This document shows positions 32,786 to 45,583 of a DNA stretch of 64,000 bases, piece after piece. The position numbers were made by a program, and so were the translations under genes. The notes below the pieces were generated by a model. That model saw only the letters and a list, made by a program, of their open reading frames with translations, was not told the origin of the DNA and searched no databases. Positions within the stretch are counted from its first letter, which is position 1. Each line of letters begins with the position of its first letter. Source of the DNA: Emiliania huxleyi CCMP1516 (taxonomy: Eukaryota); contig NW_005201286.1 of assembly GCF_000372725.1 (NCBI RefSeq), positions 124,001 to 188,000 on the forward strand. Direction: 5' to 3'.

Positions 32786-32929
32786 AGGGTAAGGTAAGGT
32801 AAGGTAAGGTAAACTTCTCCACACACACACGAGGTGGTGGGGCAAGGGGGGGCAACCCTCGCGTCTCCACGTCTAACGACAGGAGCCCCACGGCATTTAA
32901 AGTGCAAGGCCCGGTGCGCGTGGGTGAGC

Positions 32930-32998
<69 letters not shown>
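32786..32998 (-). mobile_element. Second copy of the (TTACC)n-tailed module, preceded by a (CA)n microsatellite
   Basis: Reverse-complement similarity to 26872-27002; (GT)n at 32931-32998. Confidence 0.7.
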
Positions 32999-33000
<2 letters not shown>

Positions 33001-33479
33001 CGAAGGGGAGGAGAGGCGGGGCCAGCGGCGAGTCCGCGTCCTGCCCCCCTCCCTCCTCGTGGGGAAGCAAGGGCTAGTCCCCCCCCCCCCCCCCCTGGAG
33101 TGCGGTAGACGATCGGCGCGTGGAGCCGCGGCTGGAACGGCCGCAGGGTCATGGGGCCGCCCCCGAGGCTCTACACCAGGTGTTGCGCCGCCGCCAGTAC
33201 CGCCACCGTACCCGCCCCCCCCGCCACCGCCTCCGCCCCCGCCGCTGGCGTGGCCGTCACCGCTCGGACCCACACGGACCTTGGGGAACCCGGAACCGCC
33301 CCGTCGGAGGCTGGATTACCCGAGGGAGGGGACCGAGGGAGGGGAGGTGCCGCGAGACGACAGCGGGTCTGCCGGCGAACCGGAAGGCCAAGACCGGAGG
33401 GCCCCGGGTGAGGCCTGGAGTCAACTGTCGGAGGAGGTGAGAGACGAGCTGACTAGGCCTCTGCGAGTGGAGTCGGGGC

Positions 33480-33790
33480 ATACGAGCTCGCCGGGGGTAG
33501 ACCCGTCGCGGCGGCAACCGGACCATCGTGAACTACGACAAGGGGGGCCACGCCTCCCCGAGCTCGACGAGGAGTCGGCGGAAGGAGGGGGCGAGCCGAG
33601 TACGATAGAGAGACCGCGGGTGCGGGCGCGATTCGTCGACCAGGGAGAGGCGGCTCGACCTCCCGAGGGAGGGAGGCGACACGACCCAATGCCGCCGCCC
33701 TCTCGCCCGGGGAGTCGGGCACGGGATCGCCGTCGGCGGAATCAACAGGATCACGCAGAGGAGACGAGACGGCGGCGGGGCCGCAACCGA
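33480..33790 (+). repeat. Dispersed repeat, inverted copy at ~48030-48360
   Basis: Conceptual translations QPDHRELRQGGPRLPE...GGGEPSTIERPR and QPDHRDLRQGGPRLPE...GGGEPGTIERPR align. Confidence 0.8.
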
Positions 33791-33909
33791 AAAGGGCTAG
33801 GAGGGGAAGTCGGGCCCCGCAATCGGCGCGGCCCCCCCCCGCCCCGCCCTCGCCCCCCCCCCCACACACACTCATCCACATCCCCTGTCGTCGTCGTCAA
33901 GCTCCCCCG

Positions 33910-36900
33910 CTACAAGGCAACGCGCGCCCTCGCCTGGACACATCGCTTGAGGCGCAGCGCACGCTGGATGCGCGTTGCCGCATGCGCCCTTTGCGTGTGC
34001 AGGCGAATGGCCAGCATGCGCTCTCGCACTTCCATCCCCGAGACTGGCGAAGCAGTCGTCGCCACACGCATGATGCTCTGCGAGCGGCTCATGTCGTAGC
34101 CGAGCAGGCCGAGTGAGTGCCTTGGCCACCAGTCGGCGACCGTCTTGCCCATCTCGTGGAAAATCACGAAGAAGGCGCAGAGGCGCTGCAACGCGTCGAA
34201 GCGCGTCTCCGACAGCACCTGCACCAGCTGCTGCCGCCGCATCAGCTCATCCACGCCGAGTGTGGCCAAGTCCGGGCGGCGCACCATCCACGCGCCAAGG
34301 TAGGGCTCCGCCAGCGGCTCGACTGTAAAGCTTGTGCGCGCGAGCGGAAAGGCGTCGCGCCGGCCGGCTGCGCGTTCGAAGTGCTTGCGGCTGCGCCGGC
34401 CGACTTGCGTAAACGTCGCCTTCATCACACTGGGCGCGCAGTCGGCGCCGCCACTGCTGTGCGTATTCCGCCCGATGGAGAGCTCCTCTAGCCCGTGCGA
34501 CCGCAGCGACCGCCTCCGCCTCCGCACGTCTGCATGCACGCGCTCCACGAGCGAGCGGAGCTTCGCCCGGCCGTCCATGCTCACCGACGCCCTGCTCTCT
34601 GACAGGGGTGCTAGCTGTCGATTGGAAGCTGACGAGGAGGCAGCAAGAGCCGCACAAGCAGCTTCGCTCAGTGAGACTGCAGCGGTCCGCGGCCGCTCTG
34701 CGGGCAGGTCGCCGCCGAGCGTGAGCTGCCCGAGGAGTGTCTGGCGTGGCACATAGCCCTCCACCGACGGCTGCGACAGCCAGGAGGTGAGCCAGGAGTT
34801 GCCGTGAGACGACGCGTCTCGTGAGCAGCCGCCGTGGCTTGAGGCGTCACGCGAGCGCGCACAACCACCGTGCAGTGATGCGTCGCGCGAGTTGCGGTGG
34901 CGACCAGCGTGGCCATCGGCATTGAGAGCCTTGGCGCATCCGCCGTGCACCGAAGTGCTCGGCGTGGGCGGGAGTGAACAGGCCCTCGAGGAGGCGGGCG
35001 ATGCCACACCGTCTACCTCTCGCATGACCTCGCACATGAAGCGCGGGCGATGCGTCGGCAGCACAAGGTGCTTCGCGGAGAGCGGCAGTTCGAACGGGTT
35101 GTGACCGAGCGTCACGCTCTCACACGTCACGCCCAAGTTCTGTATCGAGGACGCCTGATTCACCGAGAGGACACACGCCGCCTCCGCCGTCGTGAGGGCG
35201 TTGACGCGCCCGTCCGGTCGCCCGATTGCAAGCAGCGAGCCGCGCACAACGCGGTGCGTGTGTCGGTGTACAAGGTGGTCTGCCGGGTTAGCGGAGGCGA
35301 ACGAGCACGAGGCGATCGAGTAGGAGAGAGCGAAGAGCTTGCTTGCAAAAGCCTCCGCCGCCTGTGACACCCATGGCACGTCGCCAATCAGCACTGATCG
35401 GCCGGCCACGCGGTGCAGCAACGGCCGCCCCTGCAGCAGTCGCAGTACTACGGTCGTCCACCACGCGAGGAAGGCGTAGATGGCCACATCGGCTATGGCG
35501 ACGACGTAGACGGCCGCGGGCGACACGTTGCCAGTAGCGTGGCTGCATAGGGCGCTCAGGGGGGTCACTCCTGCTATCACGGTCGCCGCGATGTAGACGA
35601 CGCTAAGCACCCACGCAATCGGTCCCTCAAGCTGCGTCGGGGAGGGGGAGGGGGAGCAGGGCGGTGCCGTGGGGAGGGTGTGTATGTGTCAGTGCTTGTG
35701 AGTCGGTGGGGGTGGGGCGGGGGGGGGGGGGGGGGGCCGTCAGGGTGGGGCCCCCCGTGCTGCGCCCAGACTTTCCCCTGGCGGCGCAGCGCGGCCGACG
35801 TTTGCGTGGTCCCAACGATTTCGGCGATCGCCGCGGGCTGTTGCCGACTGAGCGTCGCCAGCTCACGCGCCTCCTCAAACGTAAAGGACGAGCCGCAGAT
35901 CGATACATGATCGTAATCGCCGTCGTCGCCACGCATGCCGCCGTCATCAGCAAGGCGCCTTTGGTGCTCGGAGTGCGCGAGGTAGGCCATGGCGAAAATG
36001 AGCAGCTTTGTGAGCAGGTGGTGCATCGCCACCAGTGAGACCGAGCACGGCTCGGCAGACCGAAAGCCCGCATGGGTGGTGAAAACGAACTGCGACTCGA
36101 GGTCGAGGAAGGGCGGGGCGTTTGAGCCCAGGCTGTCGATTCTCGCCTTTGCGGACGCCGACGCGCCCGAGGTGCGCACAACGGCTGCCGCCTGTGTATC
36201 GAGGTCGGACGTCACCACGAAGAGCATCTCGGTGTAGCCCTTGAGCAGCGAGCAGCACGCGAGCGGCGCAAACGTCGAACCCGAGTGAGTCAACACCAGG
36301 GCCACGGTGCCGCGAAAGTCGTGCGAGCGCTCGTTGAAGCGGTGGCCGAGCTGTGGGATGGGCATCGCGTTGCCGAGCTGCCCGAGCAGCTTGTTGGAGG
36401 AGAGCACCACAATCGACAGCTTTGGGTAGAGCAGCTGCAAGTCGGACGCGAACTGCTCGCCCACCCATAGGCTCACCTCGCATCCGGTGATCAGGACGTC
36501 GACTGAGCCGTCGTGTGCGCCGTCGCGGTGCATCCGCAGCCGCCGGCGCAGCTGACTCGTAAGCGTCCACGCAGCGACTCGGTTCGGTGAGGGCTGCTCC
36601 GTGTCAAAATCGGCGTTCAGGCGCGACAGCACCGCAGGGATGGCGCGCAAGTCGGCACCAACAGGGTCCTTCTCGACCAGCGGCGGCGGCGGACTGAGCA
36701 GCGGGTTGGCGTTGAGCGCTAATCTACCCCTCCACATTGGTGGCAGCGCATCTTCGCCGCCGCCACTGCCGTCAGCGTCACGGTCCAGCACGTTGACGAC
36801 AAACAGGCTGCGTGCGGTGCTGCTACTTGAGCGCACAGAGCCTGCCTCTGGGTCCAGGGACGCGGCGGCGGCGGCGCCTGCAGGCGCGCTGACGCTGGCC

Positions 36901-38282
36901 GGATCGTATCGGAAGGCCTCCGCGGCTGTGCGCGGCTCACCCGCGCAACAGATGCGCGCCGTCTGCCAAGGCGGAGGCGGGCTGGGCTGCGGCGGCGGCG
37001 GCTCGTCCCATCTGAGTAGCACCGTCTCCCCGCGCACATCGTCGAGGTCGTAGCGGTACGCCGGTTGCGCCGGTTGGTCGGCCCCCCCCACCACGTCCTC
37101 TTGCATCGGCACCTTTGTGGCTGTCGCCTCCGAGCCGAACGCGACGAGGCCGCGCCGGGGGTAGAAGGCGAGCGACATCGTCTGCCCGCGAGCCGCGACC
37201 ACCACCTCGCGCCCCGCATCGAGCGAGCTTGAGAGCACGAGTCCGAACGAGCCATCGGCGCCGCGCAGCAGCTCGAGCGCAGCACGCAGCAGGTCACCAA
37301 AGAGAAAGGCGGAGACGGCACACTCGATGAGCCGAACAGCCGCGGCTTGCTGCCACTGCGCCTCTCCCGTGTGCTGCCGCCCGCTGCCAGGTGACAGCTC
37401 GGCCTGCAGCAGCGGCAGCATGCCGGCTAGCGGGGCATTTGCGAAACGCTCCTGCATGCGCTCCACCATTCTCTTGCCAAGCGCCTCGAGGAGGACGCAT
37501 TCGGCGGAGGCGGCGTCTGCCGTGCCGCTGGAGGCGCGCGTGCACTGCGAAGCGGCGGTCAGCTCCTCGTTCGACGCAACGAGCGCTTGCCACTGCTTCT
37601 CGAAGGCATCGGCGAGCTGTTCGAGCTGTGCGGCGCTCGCGAGCTCATGGCAGCGGCCGTGCAGGGATCCGGCGGTCGAAAGGGCGCCGAAAAGGTAGCC
37701 ATAGCGCACAGAGGCCAGCCAGACGCCCTTGGTTCGTAGCATGTCTAGTAGGCCTGCCACACACGCAGAGTCGACGTCGCTCGGAATCGGGTGGCCCAGA
37801 AGGCGGACGAGGAGGAGCTGCAGGTCTGCGATGGCATAAGTGTTGCCGTGGATGGTGAAGGCGTCGCAGTCGCCGTTGTGCGTGATGAAGCTCTCGACGC
37901 TGCGGCGCTCGCAAACAAAGCGGTAGGCTGGGTTTGTTGCGAGCCTCCACGCCATCTGCTTTGATCGCGGTAGCCACTGATGCGGGTGGCAGCCAGCGAT
38001 GTTGCAGACGGAAGACGTTGCGAAGCGGGTGTGGCCCTGAAACAGACCGCAGGTCATGTCGGCGTACGAGCGCGAAAACCTTTTGAACAGCACGTCCTCG
38101 AGGTCAGTCCGCTTGCCATTCACGACTCTGCAGCGCAAGCCCACGCCGGAGCGATCGTACGTCGCTATCCCAGCCGACTGCGCCCCGCGTATCATGGTGA
38201 TGCGTAGCATCTTGCGCAGCAGGCGAAGCGTCGCGCGGCGATGCGCGGGGAGGAGGAGCAGGAGGCCGAAGTTTCCGCACAT
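33910..38282 (-). CDS. Large atypical GlmS-like protein: class II glutamine amidotransferase, SIS-like domain, TM segments, C-terminal IQ-like motif; one intron at ~35632-35755
   Basis: MCGNFG N-terminal nucleophile, RGAQSAG, GHTRFATSS, CHPH, THNGD, DS; LITGCEVSLWVGEQF, HSGSTF; AATRIQRALR. The donor site is unclear (poly-G region). Confidence 0.82.
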
Positions 38283-38620
38283 GGAGTAGGAGGAGAGGCG
38301 GGCGGCGAAGGCTCAAGGGCCGTCCACTGCCACCGAAGGGGTCTCAAAATGGACGAGACGAGACCGAAATCGTGACGAGGCCCGAATGACACGGGACCCC
38401 CCCCCCCCCCCCGCTGGAGCAGCAAACAACCTCTGTATGGAAATCTGGGATTTTTTCGGAAATATAGGTACATACCGGACCGAAGAGTCGGGGACCGCCC
38501 ACACACACGCGCCTTGCCCAACAAGCTGGCCGTGAGCAGGAGTCGGGGCGAGCCAGGGCCGGAGAGGAGCTAGGTCCCTGGAGAGCCCGGATCTCGGCCT
38601 TCCAGAGGCAGCTGCGACCC

Positions 38621-38720
38621 NNNNNNNNNNNNNNNNNNNNNNNNNNNNNNNNNNNNNNNNNNNNNNNNNNNNNNNNNNNNNNNNNNNNNNNNNNNNNNNN
38701 NNNNNNNNNNNNNNNNNNNN
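38621..38720. other. Assembly gap (100 N)
   Basis: Run of N. Confidence 1.
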
Positions 38721-39508
38721 TCGGCGGGGTCGCAGCTGCCTCTGCGCGTCCTGGGGAGGTACAATAGTGTCGCCGCCGGAGACGACTCGACGCCGAAAGA
38801 TCGGAGATCAAGCTCTGACAGGTCGCACGTCGCTCCTTTGACGCCGACGTGACTCACCCGTGCAGAGCGCATCAGGACACGGTCTCGACGCGCTCGGTAC
38901 GACGCCTGCGACCCGTCTCGGGTCAGGTGGCACGACGCTCATCGCGCCTGCCAGCGCTGCCGTGCAAGTTGCCACGACGAGGTCGATCACGCTTCTATAC
39001 GCTCGTCCAGCCTTCCTTTCCATCCCATTAGGCAGCCTGGGAACGGTGGCGAGCAGAGGCAAAGCCTACGAGGGGTGGTGGAACCACATGTCACGCCTAC
39101 TCTGCCGGCTCGACCCTAGCCTCCGACGGCTGACTTTGAGGCACCATCATCGGACGAAGGATGTCGACGTGTTGGTCGCTCTCGCGGTAGCCAGATGACC
39201 TCCCATACTAGTATCATCGGCCATGGCCGCAGGAAGCGCGGGGGAGCGGGGAGAGCGCTGGGAGCAACACGGAGCTCCGTTGGACGCGTTTTCAAGACAC
39301 AAGAGATTAGCGGGTCAGAGAGTGAATTGGACTAGCCTTTGTTTCTTTCTTAATTTATCTCGACGTGCTCCACAGGTGCTCCACCGCACACATACTATAC
39401 ACAGAGTGGTGTGGCGCAAAGCGGGGCAACCCTCCGCCTCGTGACCGCACACCGGCTTAAATACAAAAGAACACCCGCCGCCCAAGCCCCCGCGCGCAAT
39501 GAATCTCG

Positions 39509-40995
39509 TTAGGCGCCGCCGGCTTCGAAATATTCGCGCAAGCGGCCCGCCTCCCACCCGAGCGCCCCCGGCGGCGGCTCGACGTCGTCGCAAAAGTACT
39601 CGCCCTGCAGCTGGGCCACGAGCGACGCCTGCAGCGCCTGGATCTGCTTTAAAGTCTCCTCGACGCCGCCTCCGCCGCCGCCTGCTCCGTTGCCGCCGCC
39701 GCCGCCGCCACCGGCCGCCGCGCGCGCCTGCAGGCTGCACGAACCCTCCAGGCACTCGGCCGGCGACAGCTCGAGGCGCTCGTCGCCGCCGAAGCCTCCG
39801 ATGGGGCGCGAGGGGAGCCTGTCGAGCATCGCGCACTTTGCGGTGCAGGTGATCACCTCCTCGTCGCCTTGGGTGAGGATCCTGCCAGAGACGGTGACGA
39901 GCGGCGGCGAGACGTCGACGATGGCCGCCTCCGCCTTGTAGACCACGCCGGGCGAGGACGGCTTCTTGAAGCGGACCGTCATCTCGCTCGTCACCATGTC
40001 GGGCGCGATGTTGATCTTCATCACCTCCGCCGTCAGCTCGTCCAGCACCGCCTCGAGCAGCCCGCCGTGCACCAGCGTCGAGCGCCACCGCGTCGACGTC
40101 TCATCCTCCACCGCCGACCAGCCGCCGACCGCCTTTTGGGAGTACGCGACCGCCGCGACCACCTTGAGCGTCGACGAGTCCCAAAAGTAGCGCAGGTCGA
40201 GCCCGCGGCCGGCGCAGGCCGAGTCGCCGTGCGTGTAGCCCTCGTCCGCGTGCAGCGCGACGCTGCGGCTCTCGCCGTCGGCGCCGCCCTTGATGTGCGG
40301 TTGGCTGCTCTCCCAGAAGAGGATGTGCTTCTCGAAGGGCAGGATGTGCTTGGCCTTGTGCAGCTGGCGGAAGTGGGGGTCGTCGGCGGGGATGAGGCCG
40401 TGCGGCCGGTCGGGGATGCCGCGCGCGAGCGCCGCGTCGCGGTACACGCCCGCCTTTTGCCGGTCGAGCTCGGTCACCTTCTCCCACCACGGCGCCTTTT
40501 GCGCCGCCTCTCGCGCGAGCTCGAGCGCGGCGTCCGCTTCGATCTGCGCCGGGCTGCGCAGGTCATGCTTGGCCTCCAGCTCGCGCGCCGCCGCGCGCAG
40601 CTTCGGGTTGGGCGGCGGCGTGATCTGGCCTGCGACGAGACAAGCGCGCGAGACGTGTGCTCTGCGCGATATGGGCTTGCGAAAGCGCGCGAGACGTGTG
40701 CTCTGCGCGATATGGGCTTGCGACGAGACAAGCGCCACGGACCCGAGCGTGACGTTCTGTCTATACGTGCGGTGCAAATGGACGGCGCGCTTCGGTGGAG
40801 AGAGGCGTGGCGGGAGAGGCGGCATGGGGTGGAGCGCGGACCGCCACTCGCAAAGAACATTTGCAGCTCGGCCTCGGACCACTCGCTCTTGGCCTCGTCC
40901 GGGAGCGCTGTGGCGTCGCCGTTGAACTGCGCAGCGAGCTCCTCGGCGAGCTCGTCAAAGTCGGTGAACGGCTCGCCACGGGGAGGCGGGCGCAT
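39509..40995 (-). CDS. Hotdog-fold (PaaI/THEM4-like) thioesterase; predicted exons 40995-40842, 40629-39509
   Basis: LVHGGLLEAVLDE...VTSEMTVRFKKP motif; a GT-AG intron restores the frame. Confidence 0.85.
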
Positions 40996-41249
40996 CGTGT
41001 GGAGGGAAGTCTGGCGCGACGGCCGACGACGCAGTTTCGCACCACAAGCTACAGCAAGCTGGGTTCCAACTTTTGCGGGGTATGGTATGGTCCGATCGCG
41101 GCCCAAAGGGTGGGGGGGGGGGGGGGTATGGTCCTGACCGCCCAAGAGTAGCCCTCGACAGGGGTGGGGGGGTATGGTCCCTCGGCCTCTACTGCCGCCG
41201 CCCCCCCCCGAGCATCGTGTGTGGCGAAACGGGAAAATTCACGTGCCGA

Positions 41250-41649
41250 CAGGTGGCGTTTATTTTTGCTTGGCCGGACATCATGATGAAATTCTGCAAA
41301 AACCTGACCGGCCCCTGCCCTGCCCCTACCTACCTACCTACCTACCTACCTTACTTATGGGAAACTAAAAAAGAAATCACGGGGTGGGTGAAGGTGGGGT
41401 ACTATACCAACTAAAGTGATGGCTGGTGGTACTATCCTGCAACCACAGTCCTTCCTGTGACATGGCAACTCTCAAGCCCTACAAAGATCAACGACTTGGG
41501 GAGGGTTGACATCGTGATTTGGGCGGAAAAATTCTTTTTCTGCTGTGAAAATTCCGGCGTGAGAGAGGGAAAAACCCGACGGGAGGGCCCAGACCCTACC
41601 CTACCTACCCCATCATGATGTCCGGCCAAGCAAAAATAATATACACCTG
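41250..41649. mobile_element. 400-bp MITE with ~39-bp TIRs and a 7-bp TSD
   Basis: TIRs caggtg...ttatttttgcttggccggacatcatgatg and catcatgatgtccggccaagcaaaaataa...cacctg; gtgccga flanks both sides. Confidence 0.92.
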
Positions 41650-42288
41650 GTGCCGAGAGAGATTTTTAGCAATACCAAACATGCCGCGGACAAAGTTGGT
41701 TTTCTAAAATCTCTTCAAAGGGACAATCGAGAGCGCTACATCACACACGCGTGCACGGCGCTCGCGCGCGCGCGGCTGTCATCAATGTACGTCCTTTTAG
41801 CTTACTGGGAGAAGCGGGAGAGGGGCCCCTCTCTCATGTATGACCCCGGGCACCGTCACCACAGATGACGACGGAACCCCCGCGACCCCCCTCGGCGAAA
41901 GCGACGCGGCGCGCGGGAGTTGGAAGGTGCCCGCAAGGACTTTTTTGGGCAGGCGCTGCGAGAGTGTCGAGTTCCGGCGGTGCGAGCCGACCCCTCTCGC
42001 GCGGTCCCGCCGACACACGCCCTGCCGCCTCGGACCGCTCGCTCGCCCCACCCTGCCGCCGCACTCCTCGCCGCGCCGTGTCGCGCGCCACACCACCGCT
42101 CGAACGTCTCCCGGATCACTTCAGCCCGGGGCCGCGCACTCGGCCACCACCTGCTAGCGATGGCCCTCCACACCCCACGTCCGGCGCCCCCGCGAGACTG
42201 CGCCGGCCCGCCACTTCACTTTGTGCGCGACACATCATCGCCACTGTTCCCCGCCCGTCCCAGGCAGCACCGGGGAGCGAGCGGCGCG

Positions 42289-43064
42289 ATGGCGCCGGTG
42301 GCCATGCCGGGCATCTCCAAGGGCCGCTGGACGCCCGACGCGGAGGGCCGCGCTCTCCTCGAGACGATCTTTCAGGCAGACAATTTTCCGGCGCGGCCGG
42401 TGAGGCTGCAGCTGGCCGAGGCGCTTAAGGTGAACCAGCGGCAGATACAGGCGCGGCTCGCGCCCGACGCCCCTCCCTCCCTCTCCCTGTCGCCCTCCCC
42501 TCTCCTCTTCCATCAGCGCGCCAGCGCGAGGGCTCCCTTTCGAAGCGCCGCCCAGCTCCTGCCGCCGCCGCGCAGGTATGGTTTCAGAACCGGCGGCAGC
42601 GGCTCAAGCGAGAGCAGGAGGGGGGGTTGGGAGGCGAGGGGGCGGCGGGCGAGGGGGCAGGGAGCGAGCTCGGCGGCAGCGGCCCGCGGGGTGAGGAGAC
42701 GCCACCTCCGGGCAGCGCGCCGCTGTTTGGGATGCAGGCGCATCCGGGCGCCGGCAGCAGCAGCGTGGAGGGCGGAGGCGGAGGGCGGAGAGAGGCGACG
42801 CGGTGCCTCGCGCGGCTCCTCGAGTCCCGCAGCGGCGCCCGAGCGCTGCGCGGCGCGGCGCGTGCGATGCTGCACAACAACCCGCTGATGAGGCACCCGC
42901 GGGCGCCGTGCCACCGCCTGCTCGCGCAGCTCTCGACGCTCGAGATCGAGGCCGAGGCGGAGGGGGAGGGGGCGCCGCCGCTGCAGAGCGCGCCGACCGA
43001 CGTCGAGGCGCTGGAGGGGCTCTCGTCCCTCTTCTACAGCAAGGGTGGCAAACCCTCCAGCTAA
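42289..43064 (+). CDS. Homeobox transcription factor; predicted exons 42289-42450, 42576-43064
   Basis: GRWTP...LLETIF...FP...RLQLAEALKVNQRQIQ|VWFQNRRQR; GC-AG intron in helix 3. Confidence 0.9.
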
Positions 43065-43420
43065 GGGGGCGCGCTTCCCTTCGAGCGCCTTCGCCTCCGC
43101 TCGGTTTCCGCTGCATGCTTGCGCGCCGGGGCGACCACACCTGTATCATGCGCCCCCTTCCTCTCCCACCCACCGCCCTCCCCGTGTCTTGTCTCTGTCG
43201 CCACGCTCCCGTATGCGCCTCTGTTGAGAGGTGGCTGGAGATCAGTGTCCGAACCCTCGCGCGCCCCGTGCACGCAGTGTCCCGCTCTCTCGAGCGCTCT
43301 CTCGCTTATCAGGCCGCCCGCGCAACCGCGGCCCCTCATACCATGTGCCTATTAGGAATCTCTCACTCTGTGTGTTTCGCACGTCGCTACTCACTCGCTC
43401 GTATATTTAGGTGTCTCTGT

Positions 43421-45583
43421 CTAGACGATCTCGGGAAAAGCTGGTAAGCTCACATACCGTTTTGTGCGTTTTACACACCCGGGGAGGGCGGGGGGACCCG
43501 GGGGACGAGGGCCGAGGCGGGCCCTCCCGAGGGGGCAGAGCGCCCTCTGTATAGCGCGCCCACCTACGGAAAGCCGTGTAGCCCGTTGGGCGTTGGGCCG
43601 TTGCAGAGAGCACACACCCGGCAGACACCGTGTGGAACGGTACCGCGCAACGCACACACGCGTGAGGGGATGTCTCATCTGTCGAGTGGTCCTCTGGGTC
43701 CATACACAGTAGACAATACACTGTTCGAAACTGTGTGGCGCTGGCCACGACCCCCAAGGCCCTGCCCAGCCGAGCGCGATCAAGCCCGCGCCTGCTGCCA
43801 CTCCCGGACCATCCGGCGCCTCGCCCGTCATCGGGCTCGTCGACTTGGTCGCGAGCCAGCGCTCGATCGCCGACCGCTCGTACGAATGCCCGTCCGCCGC
43901 CATCACCGGGTCACTCATGAGCTCGGTCGTGATCGGGCAGATGAAGTCGGCCGGCGGCTCCTCCTCCCTCGGAGCCGGCGCCTCTGCAGCCGAGGACGGC
44001 CCTTGCGCCTCCGCCGCCCGCCTCCCCTGCCTCCTCCAGCCTCGCGCTCTCCTCGAGCGCAGCTCCGCCTCCTCCGCCGCCGCCTTGGGCTCTTGCGACG
44101 GCCCAGCACCGCCCCCGCCGCCCTTCTTCTTGCCCTTCTTCTTGCCCTTCTTGCTCTCCTTGGCGCGCTTCTCCGCCACCTCCTCCGCCAGCAGCTCCTC
44201 TGCGTGCCGCACCGCATCTGCCTCCCGCGCCGCCGCAGCCTCCTCGGCGGCCCTCTCGGCCTCCACCCTCTCGGCCGCCGCCCTCTCGGCCACTGCCCTC
44301 TCCACCCTCGCCTCAATCTCCGCTCTCTTCGCCTCCCTCGCCGCCGCCTCAAGGGCGCACACGCACTCGGTGTGGCCGTTCTCCTTGGCCCACTGCAGCG
44401 CCGTACGCCCGGCCGAGGTGCGCGCCGCTGTGTCAGCGCCCGCCCGCAGCAGGCAGAGCACGACGGCGGGGTGGCCATGGTAGCACGCAATGTGCAGCGG
44501 CGTGAAGCCGTCCTCCTCGGCCTGGTCGACCGCCGCGCTGGCTCCGACAAGCAGCCGGACGATGTCGACGTGGCCCTCCTGGCACGCGACGTACAGCGGC
44601 GTGGCGCCACGGCCTGTGGCGTGGTCGACCGCCGCGCCGGCCTCGAGAAGCAGCCGGGCGATCTCGAGGTGTCCCTTCTGGCACGCCATGAACAGCGGCG
44701 TGAAGCCGTCCGCAGTGTCTGCTTGGTTGACCGCCGCGCTGGCAGCGACAAGCAGCATGGCGATCTCGAGGTGGCCCTTGTAACACGCGACGTACAGCGG
44801 CGTGGCGCCGTCGTCCTTGGCTTGGTTGACCGCCGCGCCGGCCTCGAGGAGTAGCCGGACGCACTCGAGGCGGCCCTCCTCGCACGCGATGTACAGCGGC
44901 GTGAAGCCGCGGCCTGTGGCGTGGTCGACCGCCGCGCCGGCCTCGAGGATCAGCCGGGAGATCTCGAGGTGGCCCTCCTGGCATGCGGCGGACAGCGGCG
45001 TGAAACCGCCGTCCTCGGCTTGGTCGACCGCTGCGCTAGCCTCGAGGAGCAGCCGCGCGATCTCGAGGTGGCCCTTCTGGCACGCCATATACAGCGGCGT
45101 GGTGCCGTCGTTCCTGGCTCTTGGTCGACCGCCGCGCTGGCCTCGAGGAGCAGCCGGACGCACTCGAGGTGGCCTTCCTGGCACGCGATGAGCAGCGGCG
45201 TGAAGCCACTCTGCTTGGCTTGGTTGACCGCCGCGCTGGCAGCGACAAGCAGCATGGCGATCTCGAGGTGGCCCTTGTAACACGCCACGTACACGGTACA
45301 GCGGCGTGGCGCCGTTGACGTTGGCTTGGCTGACCGCCGTGCCGGCCTCGAGGAGCAGCTGGGCGCACTCGAGGCGGCCGTTCCAGCACGCGATGGACAG
45401 CGGCGTCCAGCCGTCCCCCTTGGCCTGGTCGACCGCCGCGCAAGCATTGACAAGCAGCCGGGCGATCTCGAGGTGGCCCTTCTGGCACGCGACGTACAGC
45501 GGGGAGAGGTGCGTGGAATCAGATGTGCAGGGCGAGACTCGATCGATCGACGCACCACGCCGGCCGGCCGGAGGGAGACTCAC
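43421..45583 (-). pseudogene. Ankyrin-repeat plus U-box protein with two compensating frameshifts and an apparently truncated U-box
   Basis: ~11 ankyrin repeats; [34 protein letters not shown]...SPMTGE; indels at ~45295 and ~45120. Start and end uncertain. Confidence 0.75.

Noticed and set aside
32620..32792. Short ORF divergent from the MAD1-like gene, ending at the repeat tail
   Set aside because: Could be a disrupted gene start, but too short and has no motif.
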